Positions 30,156 to 40,283 of a stretch of 64,000 bases of DNA are shown here, one piece after another. Position 1 is the first letter of the stretch, and each line of letters opens with the position of its first letter. Source of the DNA: an uncultured Acidimicrobiia bacterium (lineage in GTDB: Bacteria > Acidobacteriota > Terriglobia > Versatilivoradales > Versatilivoraceae); contig CAVVYL010000060.1 of the NCBI GenBank assembly GCA_963752385.1, positions 9,133-73,132 on the forward strand. The letters run 5' to 3'. The notes beneath the pieces are model-generated. The model was given only the letters and a program-made list of their open reading frames with translations, had not been told where the DNA came from and searched no databases. The translations under genes and the position numbers were made by a program.

Positions 30156-32051
30156 ATGTATCAGGATCGCTGCGTCAAAGAAGGCCACTTGCTCATCAAC
30201 CACACAAAGTCCTGGAGGAATCAGGCCGTGTTGCTGGCTATCGCACTGCTACTTTGCAGCCTCAGCAGCATGGGGGCTATTCAAAGTCCGATGGGGCCTC
30301 AGCTTACTGGCGAGCTCAAGCGCTGGCACAAGGTGACCCTGTCTTTCAGGGGACCCGAAGAAAGTGAAGCGGGCCGTAAAGCCCAGCACTACTGGCTGAG
30401 CCCCTTTCGCGACTATCGTATGGAGGTCACTTTCAGACGTACCGGCAGTGATACTTCTTATCGAGTCCTTGGTTACTTCGCCGCCGACGGCCAGGCTGGG
30501 GAAACCGGCGCCGAGAAGGGCAACGTTTGGCGGGCGCATTTCATACCCGATGCGGAAGGCAGATGGGAGTGGAGGACATCGTTCCGATTTGGCCGCAATG
30601 TGGCGGTGAGCGATGACGACACCGAAAGCCAATCTGTCGCGTTCGACGGTGCAGTCGGTTCCTTCGAAGTAGGTCCGAGTGACAAGACTGGTCGCGACTT
30701 TCGCAACCAGGGACGGCTGGAGTACGCTGGCGGACGCTACTTGCGGTTTGGCGGCTCCAAGCAGTACTTTCTCAAGGGTGGCACCAACAGTCCGGAGAAC
30801 CTTCTCGCCTACAGTGACTTCGATGGCACCTGGACACAGAAAAAAGCCGGTGCCAAGCCCGAGCACGGAGAGGCACTCAGCTCCGGCCTGCACCGCTACG
30901 AGCCACACACTCGAGACTGGCGTGCGGGCGACCCCTCCTGGCGTGGTGGCAAAGGCAAGAATATTATCGGGGCACTAAACTATCTGGCCGGAAAGGGGAT
31001 GAACTCCGTTTACTTTCTTACCATGAATGTTACCGGTGATGGCGACGACGTTTGGCCCTGGGCGAAACCAAACGAGCCCTTCTTCTTTGACTGCAGCAAG
31101 CTCGACCAGTGGGAGATTATTTTCGAACACATGACGCGTCTGGGTCTCATGCTGCATGTCATTACGCAGGAGACCGAAAACGATGCCTTGCTTGACAGCG
31201 GCGAGCTAGGCCTACAGCGGAAACTTTACTACCGTGAACTGATCGCGCGTTTCGCCCATCATCCGGCGCTGGTGTGGAATCTGGGAGAGGAAAGCGTCAA
31301 TACCGACCGGCAGCGGAAGGCCTTTGCCGACTGGATTCGCCGGCATGACCCCTATCAGCATCCCATCGTGATTCACACACATCCAGGTGAAAAACAGAAC
31401 GTTTACCCAAGCCTGCTGGACTTCAAAAATTTGGAAGGACCATCGTTGCAAGTCTCACCCCAAACCACAGTCCACGCGGACACGATTGAATGGATCGATC
31501 GTTCGGCCCAGGCAGGCCGACCATGGTTCGTGTGCCTCGATGAAATTGGGCCGGCAGACACGGGTGTGAAACCGGATGTGAACGATCCCGAGCGCTTCGA
31601 AGTCCGCTGGCAGTCGCTATGGGGCAACCTGATGGCTGGAGGGGCTGGAGTGGAGTCGTATTTTGGGTATAAATATGCCCACAACGACTTGAATGCCGAG
31701 GACTGGCGGTCGCGCGATAAGTTGTGGGATCAGACTCGCTACGCCTTGGAGTTTTTCCATCGCCATTTGCCGTTCACTCAAATGGCGCACGCCGACCAGT
31801 TGACAAGTGCGTCCGATGATTACTGCTTTGCCAAACCCGGCGAAGTCTATGCGATCTATCTCCCGAAGGGTGGCAGCACGGAGTTAGACCTGGGATCCGC
31901 GACAAGGAGTTATCAAGTTACCTGGTACAACCCACGCATCGGAGGCGAACTGCAAAGCGGCGGTGTCAAACAGGTGAAGGGTCCAGGCAAGGTCTCAGTC
32001 GGAAACCCGCCGAGTGACCCGCAAAAAGATTGGGCCGTCTTGGTGAAATAG
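30156..32051 (+). CDS. DUF5060-domain glycoside-hydrolase-like protein (TIM-barrel GH5/GH140-like)
   Basis: Signal peptide, then …ELKRWHKVTLSFRGPEESE…YRVLGYFAADGQAG…WRAHFIPDAEGRWEW… is DUF5060-like, followed by a barrel region with …VWNLGEE…. GAAAGAGGAAAGG ribosome-binding site before ATG 30156. Confidence 0.45.
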   Translation: MYQDRCVKEGHLLINHTKSWRNQAVLLAIALLLCSLSSMGAIQSPMGPQLTGELKRWHKVTLSFRGPEESEAGRKAQHYWLSPFRDYRMEVTFRRTGSDTSYRVLGYFAADGQAGETGAEKGNVWRAHFIPDAEGRWEWRTSFRFGRNVAVSDDDTESQSVAFDGAVGSFEVGPSDKTGRDFRNQGRLEYAGGRYLRFGGSKQYFLKGGTNSPENLLAYSDFDGTWTQKKAGAKPEHGEALSSGLHRYEPHTRDWRAGDPSWRGGKGKNIIGALNYLAGKGMNSVYFLTMNVTGDGDDVWPWAKPNEPFFFDCSKLDQWEIIFEHMTRLGLMLHVITQETENDALLDSGELGLQRKLYYRELIARFAHHPALVWNLGEESVNTDRQRKAFADWIRRHDPYQHPIVIHTHPGEKQNVYPSLLDFKNLEGPSLQVSPQTTVHADTIEWIDRSAQAGRPWFVCLDEIGPADTGVKPDVNDPERFEVRWQSLWGNLMAGGAGVESYFGYKYAHNDLNAEDWRSRDKLWDQTRYALEFFHRHLPFTQMAHADQLTSASDDYCFAKPGEVYAIYLPKGGSTELDLGSATRSYQVTWYNPRIGGELQSGGVKQVKGPGKVSVGNPPSDPQKDWAVLVK

Positions 32052-32091
32052 GTTCGGCGGTGAGCGGCCTTCGGTGCAGGGCGACAGAAAT

Positions 32092-32688
32092 ATGTCTCGG
32101 GACAGGCAATCATTTCGAGCCGCTGTTGGGTTCCGTGTGAAGACGGGTTGGGCCACGGCGGTCTTGTTGGCCGGTCCCGTGCAATCACCGCGAATCCTGG
32201 ATCGTCGGGTCATCGATCTGTGCGACTCAGCCGTTCCGGAATCCAAGCAACCATATCACGCTGCTATGGGGCAGCTGGAAGAGAATGACGCGAAAGTCGA
32301 AGGTCGGGTTAAGATTGTTCGGCGGGTCACAAAGGCATCCGTGCTTGGGCTTCTGGAAGACTATCGCGACGCGGGTTGGCAGGTACGAGACGCAAGTTTG
32401 GCGGTGGGCAGCGAAATCGATCCAGCCTCGATCAAGAACCCGCACATCCGCGCACATGCTCTTGAGGGACGATTGTTCAGAACGGTGCTTGAGGACGCAT
32501 TGCAGGCATGCGGACTGTCGTGCTCGATTCTCGTCGAGCGAAGGGCTTACTCGAAGGCGATATCGGTCTTGTCCCAATCAGAGGACAAGCTAAAGCGGAC
32601 TGTCCTGGAAATCGGTCGCCTGCAAAATGGACCGTGGCGGGCCGATGAGAAAATCGCAGCGCTCGTAGCCTGGATGTCCCTTGCCTAA
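32092..32688 (+). CDS. hypothetical protein
   Basis: ORF with no recognisable domain. The ATG lies inside a GTG-started ORF. Confidence 0.3.
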   Translation: MSRDRQSFRAAVGFRVKTGWATAVLLAGPVQSPRILDRRVIDLCDSAVPESKQPYHAAMGQLEENDAKVEGRVKIVRRVTKASVLGLLEDYRDAGWQVRDASLAVGSEIDPASIKNPHIRAHALEGRLFRTVLEDALQACGLSCSILVERRAYSKAISVLSQSEDKLKRTVLEIGRLQNGPWRADEKIAALVAWMSLA

Positions 32689-32833
32689 GTCGGTACAGAA
32701 GGGCAGAGGTGCTGTTTTGAGACCTGGTCAACTAGAGTAAGCTCTGGAGAGTTTCTATTGAACCGCTCAAGCGAGGATGATAGGTTTTCTGATAACGTTT
32801 CTCTAAGAATCAAATTCTGACAGGAGTCTGATC

Positions 32834-34177
32834 ATGAAAGGCAGTTTGTCACGGCGCCGCTTTATTGAAGCTGCCTTTGCGAGCAGCGTGATTTCAGGGT
32901 TAACTCACCAGCCGCCTTCCCTGAGCGCATCTCCAGTTAACAATAAGCCGGCTCTGTTAGGAGGAACTCCAGTTCGCACGCAGCCGTTCCCTTCCTGGCC
33001 TATTATCAGCGAAAACGATGAACAGGCCTGGATGGAAGTGTTCCGCACGAAACGCTGGAACCGGCTCGACGGCACCTATGTGGAACAGTTCGAGAAGACC
33101 TGGGCGAAACGCTTAGATACTCGGCACTGCCTCGCGACCGCGAGTGGAACCAGTGCTCTGGTGACTGCGCTGAACGCCATGGAGATCGGGCCCGGTGATG
33201 AGGTTCTGGTGCCTCCTTACACATTCGTCGCGACCGTGAATGCGGTTCTGCTGCAGCATGCCTTGCCCGTGTTCGTGGATACTGACCGGGAAACCTTTCA
33301 AATCGATGCAAAGAAGATCGAAGCTGCAGTCACCAAGCGTACGCGATGCATCTTGCCAGTTCATATGGGAGGAGCATCGGCTGACCTGGATTTCATTCTG
33401 TCGGTCGCTAAGAAGCACCAACTCTTGGTGCTCGAAGATGCCTGCCAGTCGCATCTTGGAGAATGGCGACAGCGCAAGGTGGGAACCTGGGGCGACCTGG
33501 GCTGCTTCAGCTTTCAGGCCTCCAAGCACCTCAACTCCGGCGAAGGCGGAGCGGTTGTTGGCAACAACGAGTCGCTAATGGAGATTGCCAGGAGCTTTCA
33601 TAACCAGGGCCGGGCGGCCGAGAATGCCGGTTTTTCCTGGGCGCGACAGGGTGACAACCGCCGCCTGACGGAGTTTCAGGGGGCGCTGCTGCTGGCACAA
33701 CTGACGCGGCTCGAGGAGCAGTCCCGAGTCCGGGAACAGAACGCAAACTATTTGACAAAGTTGCTCGTTGAGATCGCCGGTATCCAGCCGGCCCGAATGG
33801 TTGAAGGGTGCACCCGCAACGCTTATCATCTGTATATGTTCCGCTATACCCCATCTGAGTTCAGCGATTTGCCCCGCAAGCACTTTCTCAAAGCCCTGCA
33901 AGCGGAAGGAGTGCCCTGCTCGGCTGGTTACGCGCCACTGAACAAAGAACCGTTCTTGAAGCAGACCTTGCATTCCCGCGGATTCCGCTACATCTATCCT
34001 CCCAAAGAGATTGCCGAGCTCGACGCTCGCAATCACTGTCCGGAAAACGACAAGCTCTGTCAGGAGGCGGTTTGGTTTACCCAGAATCTACTGCTGGGAA
34101 CCAAGTCGGACATGGAACAGATTGCGGAGGCTATCCGGAAGATCCAAAAGCAGTCCTCGCTACTGGCTCACTCGTGA
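32834..34177 (+). CDS. DegT/DnrJ/EryC1/StrS-family PLP-dependent aminotransferase with twin-arginine signal
   Basis: [13 protein letters not shown] Tat motif. Core …[12 protein letters not shown]…, …[13 protein letters not shown]…, …[11 protein letters not shown]…[17 protein letters not shown]… (PLP-lysine region). Confidence 0.7.
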   Translation: MKGSLSRRRFIEAAFASSVISGLTHQPPSLSASPVNNKPALLGGTPVRTQPFPSWPIISENDEQAWMEVFRTKRWNRLDGTYVEQFEKTWAKRLDTRHCLATASGTSALVTALNAMEIGPGDEVLVPPYTFVATVNAVLLQHALPVFVDTDRETFQIDAKKIEAAVTKRTRCILPVHMGGASADLDFILSVAKKHQLLVLEDACQSHLGEWRQRKVGTWGDLGCFSFQASKHLNSGEGGAVVGNNESLMEIARSFHNQGRAAENAGFSWARQGDNRRLTEFQGALLLAQLTRLEEQSRVREQNANYLTKLLVEIAGIQPARMVEGCTRNAYHLYMFRYTPSEFSDLPRKHFLKALQAEGVPCSAGYAPLNKEPFLKQTLHSRGFRYIYPPKEIAELDARNHCPENDKLCQEAVWFTQNLLLGTKSDMEQIAEAIRKIQKQSSLLAHS

Positions 34178-34377
34178 CAGCAACACTCACGCGGTTTTTG
34201 AGGCGGATCAAGATTGGCAGCTGCTGGAACGTTCAGGAAGATCGGTATGCCACCTTCCATCGGCAGCTCGCCTTAGTTTGAAGCAGTGTCTGACCGAGCA
34301 AAGTCTCCAAACCAGTTGCCAGTTCTACTTAGATTTGCATGTCGCGGTCCTCAGACCGCTCCTTTATGAGGTTATCT

Positions 34378-36285
34378 ATGAGAGCTAGTGCCCTCAACTA
34401 CGATGGACTCTACACGCAGTCGCTGCAGGACCCTGAAGCCTTCTGGGGCCAGGCTGCGGAGAATGTGCAGTGGTATAAGAGGTGGATCAAAGTGCTGGAT
34501 CAATCCCGGCCACCCTTTTACCGGTGGTTCAGCGGTGGCGTGGTCAATAGTTGCTATAACGCGCTGGATCACCACGTTCAAAACGGCCGAAGCCAGCAGG
34601 TGGCTCTCATCTACGACAGCCCGGTCGCAAATAGGGTTCAGCGGTTCACCTATGCGGCGCTGCGGGATGAAGTGGCGCGCTTTGCCGGGGCGCTGCGCAA
34701 CCAGGGCGTGCAGAAAGGTGACCGGGTCATCATCTACATGCCAATGGTCCCGGAAGCGGTCATCGCGATGCTGGCCTGTGCGCGGCTTGGGGCTGTCCAT
34801 TCGGTTGTTTTCGGTGGTTTTGCTGCGAATGAGCTCGCCACTCGCATTGACGACGCCAAGCCAAGACTCATTGTTTCCGCCTCGTGTGGTATCGAGGTCA
34901 ATCGTGTGGTGCCGTATAAGCCATTGCTTGACACGGCCATCGAAATGGCTAAAGTCCAGCCAGAGAAGTGCATCATCTTGCAACGCCCCCAAGCTCAAGC
35001 CCCAATGGTTCCTGGGCGCGACCTGGATTGGTCGCAGGTCATGGCTACAGCGCAACCCGTTGACTGTGTGCCGGTGGCCGCGACCGACCCACTCTACATC
35101 CTGTACACCTCAGGCACGACTGGCCAACCCAAGGGTGTAGTGCGCGACAATGGCGGGCATCTCGTGGCCTTGAAATGGAGTATGCAGCATATCTACGGAG
35201 TGGCGTCGGGCGAAGTCTACTGGGCCGCCTCGGATGTGGGCTGGGCTGTCGGGCACTCCTATCTAGTTTATGGACCACTGTTTCATGGCTGCACCACCAT
35301 CCTCTACGAAGGAAAGCCCGTGGCCACGCCCGATGCGGGCGCGTTTTGGCGAGTGATCTCGCAGCACGGCGTGCGGGTGCTGTTCACGGCACCGACGACC
35401 TTTCGGGCCATCAAGCGGGAGGACCCAAACGGCGAACATATCCGCAAATATGATCTAAGCGACTTCAGAACCCTGTTCCTGGCCGGTGAACGCTGTGACC
35501 CCGACACACTCCTATGGGCGCAGCGCCAGCTCCGTGTCCCGGTGATTGACCACTGGTGGCAAACGGAAACGGGTTGGCCGATTACCTCCAACTTTGCCGG
35601 GCTAGGGCTGTTCCCCATCAAACCTGGGTCGGCTGGCAAGGTGGTGCCTGGATTCAATGTCCAGGTTTTGGATGCGGCTGGCCACGAAATGCCAACCGGT
35701 CAAATTGGGAATGTCGTCGTCAAGTTACCCCTGCCACCGGGTTGTCTGCCGACTCTTTGGAACAACGACGAGGGCTTCGTCGGGTCTTACCTCAGTACTT
35801 TTCCCGGCTACTATCTGACGGCGGACGCCGGCTATAGGGATGACGAGGGCTATCTCTGGATCATGAGCCGAACGGACGACATTATCAACGTGGCCGGGCA
35901 TCGGCTGTCTACCGGCGCGATGGAGGAAGTGCTCGCTTCCCATCCAGATGTGGCGGAATGCGCCGTGATGGGTATCGACGACGCAATCAAGGGGGAGATT
36001 CCGGCCGGCGCGATTGTCCTCAAAACGGGTGTAGAACGGCCTCATGATGAAATTATTCAAGAGCTCATAGAGACGGTTCGGGAGAGAATCGGCCCTGTTG
36101 CTTCCTTCAAAGTCGTCGCCGTCGTCAAGCGTCTCCCCAAGACGCGGTCGGGCAAGATCCTGCGCGGGACGATGAAGAAAATCGCAGATGGGGTCGAATA
36201 TCGCATGCCCGCGACCATCGATGATCCGGCCATCCTCGATGAAATCGCAGCGGCCTTTTCGATTTTGGGTTATCCAAAGCGTTAG
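34378..36285 (+). CDS. prpE: propionate--CoA ligase-like short-chain acyl-CoA synthetase
   Basis: AMP-binding motif YTSGTTGQPKGV. N-terminus …LNYDGLYTQSLQDPEAFW…PPFYRWFSGGVVNSCYNALDHHV… aligns better to PrpE than to Acs. About 636 aa. Confidence 0.6.
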   Translation: MRASALNYDGLYTQSLQDPEAFWGQAAENVQWYKRWIKVLDQSRPPFYRWFSGGVVNSCYNALDHHVQNGRSQQVALIYDSPVANRVQRFTYAALRDEVARFAGALRNQGVQKGDRVIIYMPMVPEAVIAMLACARLGAVHSVVFGGFAANELATRIDDAKPRLIVSASCGIEVNRVVPYKPLLDTAIEMAKVQPEKCIILQRPQAQAPMVPGRDLDWSQVMATAQPVDCVPVAATDPLYILYTSGTTGQPKGVVRDNGGHLVALKWSMQHIYGVASGEVYWAASDVGWAVGHSYLVYGPLFHGCTTILYEGKPVATPDAGAFWRVISQHGVRVLFTAPTTFRAIKREDPNGEHIRKYDLSDFRTLFLAGERCDPDTLLWAQRQLRVPVIDHWWQTETGWPITSNFAGLGLFPIKPGSAGKVVPGFNVQVLDAAGHEMPTGQIGNVVVKLPLPPGCLPTLWNNDEGFVGSYLSTFPGYYLTADAGYRDDEGYLWIMSRTDDIINVAGHRLSTGAMEEVLASHPDVAECAVMGIDDAIKGEIPAGAIVLKTGVERPHDEIIQELIETVRERIGPVASFKVVAVVKRLPKTRSGKILRGTMKKIADGVEYRMPATIDDPAILDEIAAAFSILGYPKR

Positions 36286-36707
36286 GGAAGCGAGACTTGG
36301 CGAGTCGTCGTCCATCAAGTCCTTGCTTGGTAGAGCTCAGTAGCAGTTCGCCATGCCGATCTGGGCTGCGTTCGAATTTCTTCACAGCTCCAGGGGACAA
36401 GTCGTTGCGGAGCACACGGGCCATCGACGGCAGTGCCCACAAGCGTAACTTAAGATTCGCACAGTTCGCGTCGTCCAGGGACTGAAGAGCAAGGTGATTG
36501 CTTCCGTATAGCCGACGATCCAGGGAGTTGAGACTTCGATCAACAGAACGGCGTCTTTCACGAGCTCTGAGCATCGGAGGGTGCTTGCCTAATCGACTGT
36601 TGGTGGTTGGTTCTCAACCCGTTGTTGCAAAGGCACTTGCTGTCGATTTTGAGTTAGCTGGATCTTGTGGTGCTAAATTTGACTGTAACCTATCGTTGCC
36701 CACAATC

Positions 36708-37514
36708 TTAGATTGATCCAAACAACAATTGATGACGGAAGCACCGCTCTGCTGGCCAGCTCCGCCCGTAGAAGGATTTGCGATCGGTTCCAATACCGGC
36801 CGCGGTGTCGTGTGTCAGGGAGATCAAATCGACGGAGACCGTCTGGATGCCTTCGAGAGCCCCAGGTGCGCGATGGTTTCCGGCTTCAGGGTGCACGCCA
36901 ACATCAGTGTAAAAGCCCCGCGCGTTTGGGGGTGCTTGCCAGTAAGAAACTTGGCCCTCCTTCAATTTGAGCTTCAATTCCTTCCTTAGCTCGATCCTCA
37001 GCAGCGTGCCTTTCTTCAGTTTCAGGCCTTCGCCACCGCCGCCGAAGAAAATCCGTCCGATGCCCTTAACTGCGGAGCCCGCAATGCCGCCCGTCGCCAT
37101 GCCCGTCGCCGTGGTCCCAACAGCAGCGACCTTCTTCTTGCCCGATTTGCCGGGGGATTCCAGTTCGTTCTCTTCGACCTTGACGTTCTCCGCATCGACG
37201 CCCACGAGCCGGGCCTCGATCGACTTCTTGCCGGACGGAGTCTTAATCTCCTTGAACTTCAACGTAAGATGTCGTTCGTCGGCATCCTCGATCCTGCCTT
37301 TTAGCTCACTGCCGGCGGGTATGATCACCTGTCCGCCAGCCCCTGTTACGGGCTCCGATAAATGGGCTTTGAATTCCTTCCCCTTTTTTACCTTCTTCCC
37401 TTCCAGTTCTTGGTCGAGCGCAAGCGTCAGCACAGTCGTCTTGGGAATGCGAGCCTCGGCAGCATGAATCGAAGGCACCAACAGCAGAATCGAAGCGAGA
37501 CTGATTACACGCAT
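36708..37514 (-). CDS. hypothetical secreted Lys/Gly-rich protein
   Basis: ATG at 37514 followed by signal peptide MRVISLASILLLVPSIHAAEA. No family recognised. The 3' portion of the ORF may be non-coding read-through. Confidence 0.3.
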   Translation of the reverse strand: MRVISLASILLLVPSIHAAEARIPKTTVLTLALDQELEGKKVKKGKEFKAHLSEPVTGAGGQVIIPAGSELKGRIEDADERHLTLKFKEIKTPSGKKSIEARLVGVDAENVKVEENELESPGKSGKKKVAAVGTTATGMATGGIAGSAVKGIGRIFFGGGGEGLKLKKGTLLRIELRKELKLKLKEGQVSYWQAPPNARGFYTDVGVHPEAGNHRAPGALEGIQTVSVDLISLTHDTAAGIGTDRKSFYGRSWPAERCFRHQLLFGSI

Positions 37515-38029
37515 GCTGCAATTGTATCTCACTGCGGTTCTACGACGAAATCGTCGCAGATCACACGCGCTGGCTGGACTGGCCTCGCTTTCGCGGACGG
37601 CTGCTGGGGTCTGCTGATGCAATGCCCACCCGGGACGAGCCAGCTGGGAGCTTTCAATTCGCTCGAATGAGCGCCATCTCCGTCCTCGTTGCTCATGCTT
37701 TACTCGCTGAGCGAAGGTTCATCTGGCTCTTCTCAGAAGAAAGTGTGTCCGGCTAACAATGCATTACTCCCTTCCAAGCAGTCGTCAGTCTGATTTCTAT
37801 TCTCGGCTGGTCCTTGCGACCGAATCCTCCACGGGCTGCCTTCAACCGAAATTCTCATTGCCTCGCAGAGAATTCTGAGGATATCATCCCACTACATTTT
37901 CCTTATCCCGTATTGCCGACACTTGTGTCGGTGGGACTCCTAGATAAGATGGTAAAAACCAATCTAAAATCGGTTCGGTTTCTGGCAACCTGGCCTATCC
38001 TCTTCGATAATCAAAACAAGGAGTTCTGT

Positions 38030-38518
38030 ATGAACACCATTCCGCGAAAACTGGTCATCGGGGCACTGTATGTAGTAATTGGTCTATGGATCACGACTGC
38101 TACCCTGTGGGCTGCTGATCCTTTCGTTGGAACGTGGAAACTGAACTTGGCCAAGTCCAAGTACAGTCCTGGCCCACCTCCCAAGAATCTGACCATAACG
38201 TATGAGGCAACCGAGAATGGGATAAAAGCAACTACCGAGGGAATTAATGCAGAAGGCAAACCAATCGCCACTACCTATTCTGCCACCTACGATGGCACGG
38301 ATGTTCCGGTAACGGGAACAGGAGCACCCTATGACACGATTGCGCTCAAACGAATTAACCCTAACACTGTGGAATTGACCACTAAGAAGGACGGGAAAGT
38401 GGTTGGCAAAGGTAAACGCGTTGTGTCGAAGGATGGGAAAATATTGACGGTCACCACCAAAGGCACCAACGCAAAAGGTGAACCAACCAATAACGTCGCG
38501 GTCTACGAAAAGCAGTAG
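38030..38518 (+). CDS. lipocalin-like-domain secreted protein
   Basis: Signal/TM, then …DPFVGTWKLNLAKSKY… (the GTWKL lipocalin-like start) and a beta-rich Thr/Lys/Gly composition. Confidence 0.5.
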   Translation: MNTIPRKLVIGALYVVIGLWITTATLWAADPFVGTWKLNLAKSKYSPGPPPKNLTITYEATENGIKATTEGINAEGKPIATTYSATYDGTDVPVTGTGAPYDTIALKRINPNTVELTTKKDGKVVGKGKRVVSKDGKILTVTTKGTNAKGEPTNNVAVYEKQ

Positions 38519-39039
38519 TCCCGCTTTGGCAATCCTCGGGGACCTCTCATTCGATGTCCCCGCATGATTCCTCCAAACGTTTCTTCAATCTTCCTTCTCA
38601 CGTTCGGCGCGGGGCTTCGAAGTCCACGGGCTTGTGTTAGAGAATTCGGGAAATGGCAAAGAAGCCAAAGCCCGCTGCAAGATCCTCTGTGAGACCCACT
38701 GCGAGAGCTTCGGCAAGGCCACATCCGACGGCGATTTTGCCGTCCGAGCGGACTTCATCGTCCGAGCCGGAATGCGTAGAATTGCTGAACGAGCTTATTG
38801 AGGCGTTTCAGCGCATCCCACAGCGCTATTGTTTGCTGTGCAAGGCGAAAACTCGGCTGGGAATCGACGGTGCTTCCGTCATCAATTGTTGGTAGGGCTA
38901 AGGTAAAGTTTTCGATTGCAATATTTACCGCCGAATTTGGCGTCACCAACTCTGGTTGGCTTTCCAAATCGGGAACAAGTGCTTTTGTCAAATATAGATA
39001 ACGACAAGTTACCAACAGTAGGATGCGGAAGCACCGGAG

Positions 39040-39183
39040 CAGCGATTCCACTTCTCGACGCAGCTCTTCATCGCCGCCACATGCCCCATCCAGGAAGGCT
39101 CTGCGCCGGCTCTCTCCCAGCTCCAGCGCGGATTGACAAATCCTCTCGATCTGTTCCCAACGGTCAGTCATAAAGGCGCCCAT
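39040..39183 (-). pseudogene. N-terminal fragment of a Ser/Thr protein kinase paralog
   Basis: MTDRWEQIERICQSALELGESRRRAFLDGACGGDEELRREVESLL parallels the N-terminus of the kinase at 51885 ([46 protein letters not shown]), then degenerates. Confidence 0.45.
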
Positions 39184-39234
39184 AACCGATGAATGGCAAG
39201 TCGGAGCTTCTCCAAGGCCAAGGAATTACCTCCG

Positions 39235-39323
39235 CTCCAAGCCTGGAGTAATTGGACGACTTCCGGAGCGAGACTGCAGCCATATTAATCCGTTGAGTTG
39301 ACGACCTTAACTATGAATGCTCC
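39235..39323. repeat. about 85-bp conserved element, copy 1 (second copy at 51945..52033)
   Basis: About 75-80% identical to 51945..52033 (…ctggag.aattgg..gactt…ccatattaa.cc.ttgagtt.acgacc…tatgaatg.tcc). Both copies lie just upstream of a Ser/Thr-kinase N-terminus. Confidence 0.4.
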
Positions 39324-39691
39324 TTCAGGGTTCGGATACCTGTCTCTCCATGGTAGACCGCCGACAGCAGTCCGGCGCGCAACAGTTCGGCCAGCTTTCG
39401 GGCATCGATCCGGTCACTCTTATTGCCTGTTTTCAGCAAGGCGTTCCTTCGTGGATTACACACCACGACTTTCGTGACGTAAGGCTTGAGAAGGTCGTAC
39501 AACCAGGTGGCCCAGGTTCCTTCTTCAAATGTGACCCGCAGGGTTCCGCGGAGTCCTTGGACAAACTGCAAAAGGGTCATGGCTTTGGTTTCGACGATCG
39601 ACTCTATCATCAGCTTGCCGGCTGAATTCATCACCGCGATCGAAATCGTGTCTTTGTGAACGTCCATTCCGATGTACTTCGTGCTTTCCAT
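39311..39691 (-). mobile_element. IS110-family transposase, N-terminal (DEDD) domain fragment only; truncated IS copy
   Basis: …YIGMDVHKDTISIAV… and …KSDRIDARKLAELLRAGLL… are IS110 N-domain motifs. The ORF is only 126 aa and lacks the Transposase_20 C-domain. Confidence 0.6.
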
Positions 39692-40283
39692 ACAGCGTGC
39701 TCCTTTCTATAGGATTGAGGTCAACCCTCAAACCTTACTTCAAAAAAGGGGCGCCTTTTATAATGCGTGTTTACTGATCCTGTTCAGTGGCCGTGTAGCC
39801 ACTAACTGGAAGCTGCGAAGAAGGCGGCGACTGCGCACCACGGTCTCGATGCTCGAAAATGGGTGACCGTGCCCTGCGTCTCGGAAATTCTGATTCACTG
39901 ATTGGACAATCTGTAGTTCTTAGAAGTTCTCAATCATCCAAATGTTGCCATTCTGGGGCTGAGCCGAGCAGTGCCAAATGGGTCCGTCAGGACAAGGAAC
40001 ACCTCATGCTTCAGAACCTCCCTTTAGTTCCCATAGGACGTACCCTTTTCTTCTTTAGGTCCACATGCATCAGGGGAGAGGCCTCGCTGCACAAGCCATA
40101 AAATAGTTCTAGGTGCAGGCTTGAAGTCATCCTCTACCCTCAAGCAGCATTCCGCGGCTCGTCGGGTTTGCTCAGGCCTGATTCGGGACGTGGGATCCCT
40201 TTCTCTTTTCGTGGTATTCTTTCGACCGTTCTCGCAACCGATTTGGGTATTCGGGCACAAGCACAGGAGAGAAAATCCTGGCT

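Noticed and set aside
38653-38895. 80-aa ORF (MAKKPKPAARSS…) downstream of the lipocalin-like gene
   Set aside because: No domain, no clear ribosome-binding site, and it overlaps a minus-strand ORF. Too weak to call a gene.
39235-39323. Interpretation of the about 85-bp conserved element as an IS110 terminal sequence
   Set aside because: The second copy at 51945..52033 has no transposase DNA next to it. In both places the homology continues into a kinase N-terminus. It is better explained as the conserved 5' region of paralogous kinase genes. The homology does end at the last codons of the IS110 fragment, so an IS-target relationship is not excluded.
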